Assembly: GCA_025358945.1 (NCBI GenBank)
Contig: JANYHS010000217.1
Span: 1 to 47,007 of the forward strand
DNA length: 47,007 bases
Source of the DNA: Acidobacteriota bacterium
GTDB lineage: Bacteria > Acidobacteriota > Vicinamibacteria > Vicinamibacterales > CAVVIG01
Direction: 5' to 3'
Below the pieces are notes generated by a model. That model did not search any database. It saw only the letters and a program-made list of their open reading frames with translations, and was not told where the DNA came from. Below, in pieces: positions 1 to 8,142 of this stretch. The translations under genes and the position numbers were made by a program. How positions within the stretch are numbered: the stretch's first letter is position 1; each line of letters begins with the position of its first letter.

Positions 1-210
1 TTTGATGCGGTCAGCGCAGGGCGGGCGCGCGGCAAGGACGTAGTACTGGTCGACACCGCCGGGCGCCTGCCAACGCAGCTTCAAGTGATGGAAGAACTCA
101 AGAAGCTCGATAAGGTCGCCTACGTCAGGTTCGCGTCGGTCTATCGCCACTTCCGGGACATCAACGAGTTCGCCGACGAACTCAAACAACTCTTGAATCC
201 CAAGGAATGA
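1..210 (+). CDS. nrdR: 5'-truncated ORF ending in an NrdR-type C-terminus; its first ~36 codons look like an SRP-GTPase (FtsY) G3 region instead
   Basis: Frame 1 is open from the window edge to TGA 208-210. Residues [33 protein letters not shown] match the conserved NrdR tail (E. coli [29 protein letters not shown]). Residues 1-36 [36 protein letters not shown] parallel the FtsY of this window. Confidence 0.6.
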   Translation, partial: FDAVSAGRARGKDVVLVDTAGRLPTQLQVMEELKKLDKVAYVRFASVYRHFRDINEFADELKQLLNPKE

Positions 211-806
211 CCAGACCCCCACGAAATACACGAAAGCGCGAAACACACGAAACAAGATTTCTTCGTCGTGTTTTTCGTGTCGTTTCTGTTTTCGTGCTAT
301 TCGTGGTTCTAAGCGGCTCGGTGAGCGCCGCCGGAGTGGATCCCGATCTGACAGTGATGCCGATCGCGCGCGACGGCCAGGTCGTCGTGTCGTTCGATCT
401 GAGCGACGGATACACCGCGGACGTGCGCGACGCTATTCAGAGTGGGTTGTCGACGACGTTCTCGTACGAGGTCGACTTGCGGCGCGGCTCGACGCTGCTT
501 GATCGCACGGTGGCCTCGGTCACGATTACCGCCGTCGTGCGGTTCGACAACCTGACCCGGCGCTACCAGATGTCGCGCACCGTCGACGGCCGCGTCGAGG
601 ACGCGCGGCCGACCGAGGATGCCAACGCCGTGCGCGTGTGGATGACGCACTTCGAGCGCATTCCGCTGTCGGCGACCTCCTCGCTCGAGAACAATGGCGA
701 GTACTACGTCCGCGTTCGCGCCCACACACGGCCGCACAATGCCTGGTTTTTCTGGCCGTGGGGCGGCACGGCGTCCGGCCAGGCGAAGTTCACGTTCATT
801 CAGTAG
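207..806 (+). CDS. DUF4390-like secreted/membrane-anchored protein upstream of the NtrY-like kinase
   Basis: 199-aa ORF whose ATG overlaps the upstream stop (ATGA). It has a basic N-region then a hydrophobic segment [17 protein letters not shown]. Body motifs ([23 protein letters not shown]) and position 5' of an NtrY-type kinase fit DUF4390. Confidence 0.6.
   Translation: MTRPPRNTRKRETHETRFLRRVFRVVSVFVLFVVLSGSVSAAGVDPDLTVMPIARDGQVVVSFDLSDGYTADVRDAIQSGLSTTFSYEVDLRRGSTLLDRTVASVTITAVVRFDNLTRRYQMSRTVDGRVEDARPTEDANAVRVWMTHFERIPLSATSSLENNGEYYVRVRAHTRPHNAWFFWPWGGTASGQAKFTFIQ
220..306. repeat. Imperfect palindrome: four CACGAAA-type units followed by four TTTCGTG-type units
   Basis: CACGAAAtaCACGAAAgcgCGAAACaCACGAAAC ... 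cgtcGTGtTTTTCGTGtcGTTTCTGtTTTCGTGctaTTCGTGG. The reverse complement of the second half aligns to the first half. Confidence 0.8.
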
Positions 807-807
807 A

Positions 808-832
808 GGCTCGGGGCTGGGGACCAGGGGCT
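808..832 (+). repeat. G-run motif GGCTCGGGGCTGGGG in the DUF4390/ntrY spacer; near-identical copy at 13648-13662
   Basis: gaGGCTCGGGGCTGGGGaccaGGGGct. 14 of 15 bases are identical to GGCTCAGGGCTGGGG at 13648-13662. Confidence 0.6.
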
Positions 833-839
833 AGATCGC

Positions 840-3122
840 ATGCCGGCAACCGTCACGTCCATCACGCCTAGACGCGGGAGCGAGCCGGCGCGCGCACCGC
901 AGCCGTCCCGCCGGCCCTTCCGCGACAACCCCCGGCTGATCCTCGCCGGCATCGGCGTACTGCTGGTCGTCCTCGTCGCCCTGTTGGTGATCGCCAACGG
1001 CACATCGCAGTTCTCCCCCGACTTCCTCAGCGAGTTCGTGCTCTACGCCTTGTCGGCTGCCGACCTGACGATGTTGGCGGCGCTCGGTTTCGTGCTGGCC
1101 CGCAACATCGTCAAGCTGATCGTGGAGCGGCGGAAAGCGCTGCCGTTCGCGCGGTTTCGCGCCAAGCTGGTGGCGCTGTTGCTCGGCATGACGCTGGTGC
1201 CGACCGTGCTCGTGCTGATCGTTGGCAGCGAATTGATTCGCACCAACATCGACCGCTGGTTCAATGCGCCGATGGCCGACATCCTGTCGTCGGCGAATCA
1301 GATTGCCAGCGACTACTACCGCGAGCAGCAGATGCTGGCAAGCGATCATGCGAGCCGTCTGGCGCGCACGCTGAGCGGTGTGGATCTGGCGAATGCGGAC
1401 GTGCGGCCGATTCGGGATCTGCTGGCGCCCGACGTCACCCTGCAGCGTGTGCAGATGGTGGAGGTCTACCGGGTGGTGCCCTCGTCGGGTTCGCTCTCGA
1501 GTCTGGAGCCGGTGATTGATGTCGCCGCGCCCGCGCTGGCCAGCGGCCACAGCCGCGCCGCCGCGGATCGTCTGGCGGCGCAGGCGCTCGCCGGTGCGGC
1601 CGAAACCAAGTCGATCGAGACGCTCGGTGCGGCGGGCGATCTGCTGCATGCGGCTGCCCTCATCCGCGCCAAGGACGGCAAGCCGTCCGGCGTCGTCGTC
1701 GCGACCGCGTACCTGACGGGCGATCTTGCCGCGCGCTCGCGCCGCATGACGAAGGCGTTCGAGGACTACAACCAGCTGCGCGTGCTGAAGCGGCCGCTGA
1801 CCGGCTTGTATCTGTCGTTCTTCTTCATGGTGACGCTGCTGATTCTGTTCGGCGCCACCTGGATGGGCTCGTACCTCGCGAAGCGTATTACGCGCCCCGT
1901 GCTCCTGCTTGCGGCGGCCGCGCGCGAGATCGGCGCCGGCCGCCTGGATCAACGCGTCGAACCGCAAAGCAGCGACGAGTTCGGATCGCTGGTGGAAGCC
2001 TTCAACGCGATGGCCAGGGAACTGGCCGCAGGACGCCGCAAGGTGGACCGCGGCACCATTCAGCTCGAACGCAAGCACGGGGAAGTCGAAGGACGGCGCC
2101 GCTACATCGAGACGATTCTGGAGCGCATTGCGACCGGTGTGGTCTCCGTCGATGCGTCCGGCGCGATCACCACCATCAACACGGCGGCGGCGCGGCTGCT
2201 CAGCCTCGATCGGCAGATCGTCGGACAGCCGGCGCTTGCCGTCTTCGACCGCGCGGATCTGCAGCCACTCAGTGCGTTGCTGGCCGGCGCCGGTGGACAG
2301 AATCGCGGCGAGTCGCCGGCGCACGAGATCGCGTTGGCGCGCGAAGGGCAGGAACTGCATCTGGCGGCCGTGGCCACCGCACTGGTCGGCGACAGCGGCG
2401 CGGCGGAAGGCGTCGTGTTGGTGCTCGACGATGTGACGCCGCTCATCCGCGCGCAGAAGGTGGCGGCCTGGCGTGAGGTGGCGCGCCGGCTGGCGCACGA
2501 GATCAAGAATCCGCTGACACCGATTCAGCTGTCGGCGGAGCGGCTCCGGCGTCATTTCGCGGGCGCACCCCCTCAGGCCAAGGCGCTCGTCGACGAGTGC
2601 ACGCAGACGATCATCGGCGAAGTCGAGTCGCTGAAGGGACTGGTCGACGAGTTCTCACAGTTCGCGCGGATGCCGTCGCCGAGAACCGTGCCGACCGATC
2701 TCGCGCAGCTGATTACCGACACCGTCGCGCTCTACAACGGCATCTTCACCGACGTGCGGATCGATCAGCGCTTTGCCCCTGGTGTGCCGCTGGTGCGGCT
2801 TGACGCCGAGCAGATCCGCCGCGTGATAATCAACTTGATGGATAACGCGATCGAAGCCATGGAACGCCGCGGTCAGATCGTCGTCGAAACCCAGCTTGAC
2901 GCGGCCAACAGTGTCGTGCGCGTGTTCGTCGCCGACGACGGCCCCGGCATCCCGGCGAGCGAGCGCGAGAAACTCTTTCTGCCGTACTACTCGACGAAGC
3001 GGCGGGGCAGCGGCCTCGGTCTGGCCATCGTACGCCGCATCATCGCCGAGCACGGCGGCAGCATCGATGTCGGGGATAACACGCCAAGGGGTTCACGGTT
3101 TACGATTGAGTTACCGTGTTGA
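840..3122 (+). CDS. ntrY: NtrY-like sensor histidine kinase (TM-HAMP-PAS-HisKA-HATPase)
   Basis: 760 aa with N-terminal TM helices. H-box HEIKNPLTPIQLSAERL and ATPase motifs DNAIEAM, DDGPGI, GSGLGLAIV are present. Confidence 0.85.
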   Translation: MPATVTSITPRRGSEPARAPQPSRRPFRDNPRLILAGIGVLLVVLVALLVIANGTSQFSPDFLSEFVLYALSAADLTMLAALGFVLARNIVKLIVERRKALPFARFRAKLVALLLGMTLVPTVLVLIVGSELIRTNIDRWFNAPMADILSSANQIASDYYREQQMLASDHASRLARTLSGVDLANADVRPIRDLLAPDVTLQRVQMVEVYRVVPSSGSLSSLEPVIDVAAPALASGHSRAAADRLAAQALAGAAETKSIETLGAAGDLLHAAALIRAKDGKPSGVVVATAYLTGDLAARSRRMTKAFEDYNQLRVLKRPLTGLYLSFFFMVTLLILFGATWMGSYLAKRITRPVLLLAAAAREIGAGRLDQRVEPQSSDEFGSLVEAFNAMARELAAGRRKVDRGTIQLERKHGEVEGRRRYIETILERIATGVVSVDASGAITTINTAAARLLSLDRQIVGQPALAVFDRADLQPLSALLAGAGGQNRGESPAHEIALAREGQELHLAAVATALVGDSGAAEGVVLVLDDVTPLIRAQKVAAWREVARRLAHEIKNPLTPIQLSAERLRRHFAGAPPQAKALVDECTQTIIGEVESLKGLVDEFSQFARMPSPRTVPTDLAQLITDTVALYNGIFTDVRIDQRFAPGVPLVRLDAEQIRRVIINLMDNAIEAMERRGQIVVETQLDAANSVVRVFVADDGPGIPASEREKLFLPYYSTKRRGSGLGLAIVRRIIAEHGGSIDVGDNTPRGSRFTIELPC

Positions 3123-3219
3123 AGAAGCAAACACCGCGGCGCACGCGGAGCACGCCAAGATATCGGGGCTCAGCGATCTGTGCGCCCTCCCCGGTTGTTT
3201 CCGGTTTGTGGCGGACGTC

Positions 3220-4611
3220 ATGAAGCCCACGATCCTGATCGTCGACGATGAACCGGGCGTGCGGACCTCGCTGAGCGGGGTGCTGCGCGACGAAGGCTAT
3301 AGCGTTGACGCCGTCGCGAGCGGCGAGGACTGTCTCGAGCGGGTCACGCGCGCGGCGTTCGACCTGATCGTGCTCGACGTCTGGCTGCCCGGCATGGACG
3401 GTCTGGCGACGCTGGCGCGCCTGCGCGAGCGGCAGGTGGACGCGCAGGTCGTGCTGATTTCCGGCCACGGCAACATCGAGTCGGCTGTGCGCGCGATCAA
3501 GATGGGCGCGTTCGACTTCGTCGAGAAACCGCTGTCGCTCGAGAAGACGGTCCTCGTCATCCGGAACGCGCTGCACCAGCGACGCCTCGAGGCCGAGAAT
3601 CGCGCGCTGCGCGCCAGAGTCGACCGCCATCAGACGATGGTCGGCGAGAGCTACGCCATGCGGCAACTGCGCGAACAGGTGGCGATGGCGGCGCCGACCA
3701 ACGGCCGCGTGCTGATCTACGGCGAAAACGGGACCGGCAAGGAACTGGTCGCGCGGACGATTCACGTCCTGAGCCGCCGCCGCACCGCGACCTTCGTCGA
3801 GGTCAACTGCGCCGCGATCCCCGAGGAGCTGATCGAGAGCGAGCTGTTCGGTCATGTCCGCGGCGCCTTCACCGGTGCGGTGGCCGACCGCCGCGGCAAA
3901 TTTGAAGTCGCGGACGGCGGCACCATCTTCCTCGACGAAATCGCCGACATGAGCCTGAAGACCCAGGCCAAGGTCCTCCGCGTGCTGCAGGAACAGACGA
4001 TGGAGGCGGTGGGTGGGTCGACGCGGATCAAAGTCGACGCGCGGGTGCTGGCCGCGACGAACAAGGATCTCCAGGCTGAGATTCGCGCCGGGCGGTTCCG
4101 TGAAGACCTGTACTTCCGCCTCAACGTCATTCCGATTTTCGTCCCGCCGCTGCGCGACCGGCAGGAGGACATCCCCCTGCTCGCCGATCATTTCATGGCC
4201 GACTTTGCGCGCGAGTACGGGCGCCGGGTCAAAGGGTTCGATCAGGGGGCGCGCTCGGCGCTGCAGCACTATCCGTGGCCGGGCAACGTGCGCGAACTGC
4301 GCAACGTCATCGAGCGGCTGATGATCATGGTGCCCGGCGACGCCATCTCGGCGACGGACCTGGGCTTTCTCGACCCGACCAGCCTCACGCGGCCCGGGCC
4401 GCCGGCGACGACAGGCGAGCGCCGGACGTTGCACGAAGCGCGCGATCAGTTCGAACGCGATCTGATTCTGCGCACGCTGGCAGAGCAGCAGGGCAACATG
4501 TCGCGCACCGCGGATGTGCTCGGCGTGGAGCGCAGCAATTTGTATCGCAAGATGAAGGCGTTCGGCATCGCGCCATCCAGACGGCAGGACGAAGAGCCGG
4601 AAGCCGTCTGA
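3220..4611 (+). CDS. Sigma-54-dependent response regulator (REC-AAA+-Fis HTH)
   Basis: Starts MKPTILIVDDEPGVR (receiver domain). Walker A GENGTGKE, GAFTGA loop (VRGAFTGA) and C-terminal HTH NMSRTADVLGVERSNLYRKMK are present. The ATG at 3220 is preferred over the long upstream ORF extension. Confidence 0.9.
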   Translation: MKPTILIVDDEPGVRTSLSGVLRDEGYSVDAVASGEDCLERVTRAAFDLIVLDVWLPGMDGLATLARLRERQVDAQVVLISGHGNIESAVRAIKMGAFDFVEKPLSLEKTVLVIRNALHQRRLEAENRALRARVDRHQTMVGESYAMRQLREQVAMAAPTNGRVLIYGENGTGKELVARTIHVLSRRRTATFVEVNCAAIPEELIESELFGHVRGAFTGAVADRRGKFEVADGGTIFLDEIADMSLKTQAKVLRVLQEQTMEAVGGSTRIKVDARVLAATNKDLQAEIRAGRFREDLYFRLNVIPIFVPPLRDRQEDIPLLADHFMADFAREYGRRVKGFDQGARSALQHYPWPGNVRELRNVIERLMIMVPGDAISATDLGFLDPTSLTRPGPPATTGERRTLHEARDQFERDLILRTLAEQQGNMSRTADVLGVERSNLYRKMKAFGIAPSRRQDEEPEAV

Positions 4612-4844
4612 TGGATGCTCTCTCGCGGCGCGCGATCGCCGAGCAGTTGCTTGTTGATCATCAACTCGATCCCGCCGCGGTCGGGGAGCGTGCGCGCTGC
4701 TGCGTGTTGCCCGGCTACTGGACGTCGCTCTGTCCCGGGCTGTCGATCGGCACTGCGGCGCCGGCGCTGGCGTGGGACTTTGATCTGCTGCACTGGAGCG
4801 GGGCGCGCCCGGTGGCCGAGCGGCTGCTCAGGGGGCCTGTCTGA
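4611..4844 (+). CDS. Possible small hypothetical protein (77 aa), start coupled to the regulator stop (TGATG)
   Basis: Only an open frame plus the stop/start overlap. No recognisable motif, and it overlaps the convergent gene's 3' end by 17 nt. Confidence 0.25.
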   Translation: MDALSRRAIAEQLLVDHQLDPAAVGERARCCVLPGYWTSLCPGLSIGTAAPALAWDFDLLHWSGARPVAERLLRGPV

Positions 4845-5766
4845 GCTTGTGCTCGAGCACCTGATCTGCGTTGAAGCCCGCAATCTGCAGGTAATACCCG
4901 GCGGCAGAAGTCAGTGCGGCTGACGGCACCAGCCCGATGATCTCGCTCTCCAGCACGGCCACCCCGTAGCGCTCGGCCTCGCGCTTGACGGTTTCGAACA
5001 CGCGGAAGATTGGCGTCTTCTCGTAGTTGGTCAGGTTCATCGACACCTGGACGATCCCGCGGGCCTCGATCCGGATCCCCATCGCCTTGACGAATCTGTA
5101 CCCGCCGCTGCTGTGGCGGATCGCGGCGGCGATTTGTTTTGCGACGTCGAGGCGGTCGGTCGCGAGGTTGATGTTGTAGGCGATGAGCGGCATGCGCGCG
5201 CCGATGACGGCGGCTCCCGCGCTCGGGTGGGGCGTTGCCGGCCCAAAGTCCGGCGCCCATCCGGCGGTCGCCATCTTCGCAGCCAGCCCTTCGAATTCGC
5301 CGCGCCGGATGTCCTCCAGATTCTTGCGCACTGGGTCAGCCGACGCCTCCTCGTAGAGGTAGACCGGGATCTGGAATCGCGCCGCCACTTCGGCGCCCAC
5401 CTGCTTCGCCAGCGCGACGCACTCCGCCATCGTCACGCCTTCGATGGGCACGAACGGCACGACATCGACGGCGCCCAGTCGCGGATGTTCGCCGCGCTGA
5501 GTCCGCAGATCGATGTCCTCGACTGCGCGTTCAAACAGCGCGAGCACCGCGCGCTCCACGCCGGCGGCATCACCCGCAAGTGTGAAGACTGAACGGTTGT
5601 GCGACGCATCGGAGGAATGGTCGAGCAGGCGCACGCCCGTCACCGCGCGGATCGCATCGGCCATGCGGGCCACGATCTCTGGGCGTCGCCCTTCACTGAC
5701 GTTCGGTACGCATTCGATCACCATATCGAGGCCTGATTCTAGCGCTGTACTTCCGCAGATCACCAT
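4828..5766 (-). CDS. Glutamate formimidoyltransferase (FT domain only)
   Basis: Contains MVIECVPNVSEGRRPEIV, the typical FTCD N-terminal start. The likely true start is the ATG at 5724, residue 15 of the ORF. Confidence 0.8.
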   Translation of the reverse strand: MVICGSTALESGLDMVIECVPNVSEGRRPEIVARMADAIRAVTGVRLLDHSSDASHNRSVFTLAGDAAGVERAVLALFERAVEDIDLRTQRGEHPRLGAVDVVPFVPIEGVTMAECVALAKQVGAEVAARFQIPVYLYEEASADPVRKNLEDIRRGEFEGLAAKMATAGWAPDFGPATPHPSAGAAVIGARMPLIAYNINLATDRLDVAKQIAAAIRHSSGGYRFVKAMGIRIEARGIVQVSMNLTNYEKTPIFRVFETVKREAERYGVAVLESEIIGLVPSAALTSAAGYYLQIAGFNADQVLEHKLRQAP

Positions 5767-5792
5767 GCTATGATCTCCGCGCAGTCCACCTT

Positions 5793-6674
5793 ATGTCCGA
5801 TCCGCTCCGTACCGAAAAGTCGCGCGCGCAGGCTGATGTCGCGTCGGAATCGGACCGCGACGCGAAGATCGAGCAACTCCTGCTCGTCGGCCTCGACCAT
5901 TATTTCGCCGCCCGGTACGAACTCGCCATCAACATCTGGACCCGCGCGCTCTTCATCGATCGCAGTCACGCTCGCGCGCGAGCCTACATCGACCGCGCGC
6001 GCAGCGCGCAGGCTGAACGGCAGCGAGAGTCCGAGGAATTGCTGCAGACCGGCGTCGCGGCCTTTCAGCGAGGCGACGCGGACGAAGCCCGCCGCCTGCT
6101 GCAGGCCGCACTCGACGGCGGCGCGCCTTCCGAGGAAGCCCTGGCCGTGCTGGATCGCCTGAACCGGCTCGCGGCCACCGCGCTTCCCACTGCGTCGCCG
6201 CGGTCCGAGCGTTCGCGCCTGACGCGCGCGCCTCGCGCAGCCGGTGCGACATCACGGTCGATCGGCGGCGTCCTTGGCAAGGCGGTCGCGTTGGTGCTCG
6301 CCATCGCCATTGTCGGGCTCGGCGGCGTCGAGGTCTGGAAAGATCGGGCCGGCTGGCGATCCCTTGCCGTTCTGGCCTGGAGCGCCACCCGCGCCGAGCA
6401 TCCGACGACCGTCACGTCAGCGCCCGTCGCCAGCGATGCGACGCAGGCGGTCCCTCGACGCGGCGAGATGGCGCTGATCCGCGCGCGCGCCCAGACCACC
6501 ACCGGCCACCTGCGCGATGCCCTCACCACGCTCGAGTCCGTTCGGCCCACCGATCCGCAACAGGCCGACGCCGACCGCCTCCGCGCCGACATTCAGCGTC
6601 AGTTGCTGGCGCTGACACCCGTGCCGCCCGGCAACACGCCGGTGGCTGAGAAAGGTGAGCGACGTAACCCATGA
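5793..6674 (+). CDS. TPR-like protein with one predicted TM helix
   Basis: 293 aa with helical-repeat N-terminal half (YELAINIWTRALFIDRSHARARAYI) and hydrophobic segment VLGKAVALVLAIAIVGLGGV. No specific family recognised. Confidence 0.5.
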   Translation: MSDPLRTEKSRAQADVASESDRDAKIEQLLLVGLDHYFAARYELAINIWTRALFIDRSHARARAYIDRARSAQAERQRESEELLQTGVAAFQRGDADEARRLLQAALDGGAPSEEALAVLDRLNRLAATALPTASPRSERSRLTRAPRAAGATSRSIGGVLGKAVALVLAIAIVGLGGVEVWKDRAGWRSLAVLAWSATRAEHPTTVTSAPVASDATQAVPRRGEMALIRARAQTTTGHLRDALTTLESVRPTDPQQADADRLRADIQRQLLALTPVPPGNTPVAEKGERRNP

Positions 6675-7636
6675 AGTGTCCCAAGTGCGGCTACCTCGGG
6701 TTCGAGCGCGTCGATCGCTGCCGTAATTGCGGATACGATTTTTCATTCACGTCGCCGACCCCCGAACCCGACTTCGTCATGCGCCGCGAGACGGAGTCGA
6801 TCAACGCGATGGTCGATCTCGCCTTGATCAACGCGCCGAGCCTCTCGCCCGCCGCGCCGCGGCTGTCGAGCGCGGGCGATCTCGATCAGCTCTTCGGTGC
6901 ACCTGAGCCGGCGCGCTTCGCCGCGACCCCGATGTCCCGGACCGCCGTGCTGGAGCCGCCACCGCTCGCGCCTCGCGAAGAGCTTCCACTGTTCGGGCCT
7001 CCGATTCCCGACGACGAGCCGATGATTACCAGAGCGTCGCCGCCGCGCACTCCGCTGGCCGTTCGACGAGCCACACCGGAGGTGCCGCGCCTGCGGCCCG
7101 AGACGCTGCGCACGCCGAGCTTCGACCTCGGCATCGAGGTCTCCGAACCCGCGCCGATGCCGGTGGTGTTGGCAGGGGATCGGGTTGCGACACCGGTGTT
7201 GGAGCCGATCGATGCGGCCCAGGATGCCGGCGTGGGGTCTCGACTCCTCGCGGTGATGATCGACTTCCTGATCCTCGCGGCCGTCGACGCCGGCGTCGTG
7301 TACTTCACGATGCAGCTCTGCTACCTCACGATCGACGACCTCTGGATGCTGCCAAAGGGACCGCTCATCGCGTTCCTGTTCGTGCAGAACGGCGGCTACC
7401 TCGTCGCCTTCACCGCCGGTGGCCAGACCCTCGGCAAGATGGCAGCCGGCATCCGCGTGGTGCAATCTGACTCCGATGCGTCGCTCGACCTCGGCCGCGC
7501 GTTTCTGCGGACGCTGATGTGGGTCGTGCTCGCGGTGCCTGCGGGGCTCGGATTTCTCTCGGCGGTCCTCACGCGCGATCATCGCGGTCTCCACGATCGG
7601 TTCGCCGGCACGCGCGTCGTCCGCGCGTCGGCGTGA
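6671..7636 (+). CDS. Zinc-ribbon plus RDD-family membrane protein
   Basis: N-terminus MKCPKCGYLGFERVDRCRNCGY (2x CxxC), a Pro-rich linker, and a C-terminal multi-TM region ending RDHRGLHDRFAGTRVV, typical of RDD proteins. ATGA overlap with the upstream gene. Confidence 0.65.
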   Translation: MKCPKCGYLGFERVDRCRNCGYDFSFTSPTPEPDFVMRRETESINAMVDLALINAPSLSPAAPRLSSAGDLDQLFGAPEPARFAATPMSRTAVLEPPPLAPREELPLFGPPIPDDEPMITRASPPRTPLAVRRATPEVPRLRPETLRTPSFDLGIEVSEPAPMPVVLAGDRVATPVLEPIDAAQDAGVGSRLLAVMIDFLILAAVDAGVVYFTMQLCYLTIDDLWMLPKGPLIAFLFVQNGGYLVAFTAGGQTLGKMAAGIRVVQSDSDASLDLGRAFLRTLMWVVLAVPAGLGFLSAVLTRDHRGLHDRFAGTRVVRASA

Positions 7637-8085
7637 TCAAGCGGTTCGGGCTGGCGTTTGCCACGGTGTGTGGCGTGGGTTACGCGCCCGTCGCGCCCGG
7701 CACGTTCGGATCCGCCGCGGGACTGCTCGTGTGGTGGCTGCTGCCCGCGTCTGCCACGGCGCAACTCGTCGCCATTGTCGCCATTTTCATCCTCGGATCG
7801 TGGAGCGGTAACGTCGCCGAACATCACTTCGGCCGCACCGATCCGGGACAAGTGGTTGTTGACGAAGTGATGGGGATGCTCATCACGTTGTTTCTCAACC
7901 CCGTGGGATGGATGGGCGCGTGTGCCGGGTTCCTCCTCTTCCGGGTCTTCGACGTGATCAAGCCGTATCCCGCCAACAAGTTCGAACAACTACCTGGCGG
8001 AATCGGCGTGATGGCGGACGATGCAATGGCGGCCGTTTATGCGAATCTTGTCCTCCGAGCCGCCCTGTATTGGGTAATCAGGTAA
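7633..8085 (+). CDS. pgpA: Phosphatidylglycerophosphatase A
   Basis: GTG start overlapping the upstream stop (GTGA). Motifs GVGYAPVAPGTFGS, VVVDEVMGM, FRVFDVIKPYP and GVMADD are present. Confidence 0.8.
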   Translation: MIKRFGLAFATVCGVGYAPVAPGTFGSAAGLLVWWLLPASATAQLVAIVAIFILGSWSGNVAEHHFGRTDPGQVVVDEVMGMLITLFLNPVGWMGACAGFLLFRVFDVIKPYPANKFEQLPGGIGVMADDAMAAVYANLVLRAALYWVIR

Positions 8086-8142
8086 TGTGGTAATCGCGCA
8101 ATCGATTACTCAACTCTCCAATCACCCGATTACCCGATTATG
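8073..8142. repeat. GGTAAT x3 (8-bp period) followed by CGATTAC x3; spans the pgpA stop and the cinA ATG
   Basis: tgGGTAATcaGGTAATgtGGTAATcgcgcaatCGATTACtcaactctccaatcaccCGATTACcCGATTATG. The third GGTAATCG and the first CGATTAC form a 7-bp hairpin. Confidence 0.8.

Noticed and set aside
1-108. Considered whether the FtsY-like edge fragment is a duplication of the ftsY at 11021-11944
   Set aside because: Protein similarity is high, but the nucleotide sequences differ at most codons and in codon preference. It is not a recent local duplicate, and its origin is left open in the findings.
831-2555. 574-aa ORF antisense to the NtrY-like kinase
   Set aside because: Arg/Gly/Ala/His-rich low-complexity translation with no motifs. 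This is a typical shadow ORF of a GC-rich gene, and the sense strand carries clear kinase motifs.
2896-3219. Long N-terminal extensions offered by the ORF track (2896 for the regulator, 13231 for ribBA, 9742 for gpsA, 18262 for trmD, 29244 for ldcA, 27507 for polX)
   Set aside because: The extensions overlap the preceding well-supported genes and translate to Arg/Pro-rich sequence. Family homology begins at the internal starts, which also make stop/start overlaps.
3100-4434. 444-aa ORF antisense to the sigma54 regulator
   Set aside because: Shadow ORF. The sense frame has Walker A, GAFTGA and HTH motifs.
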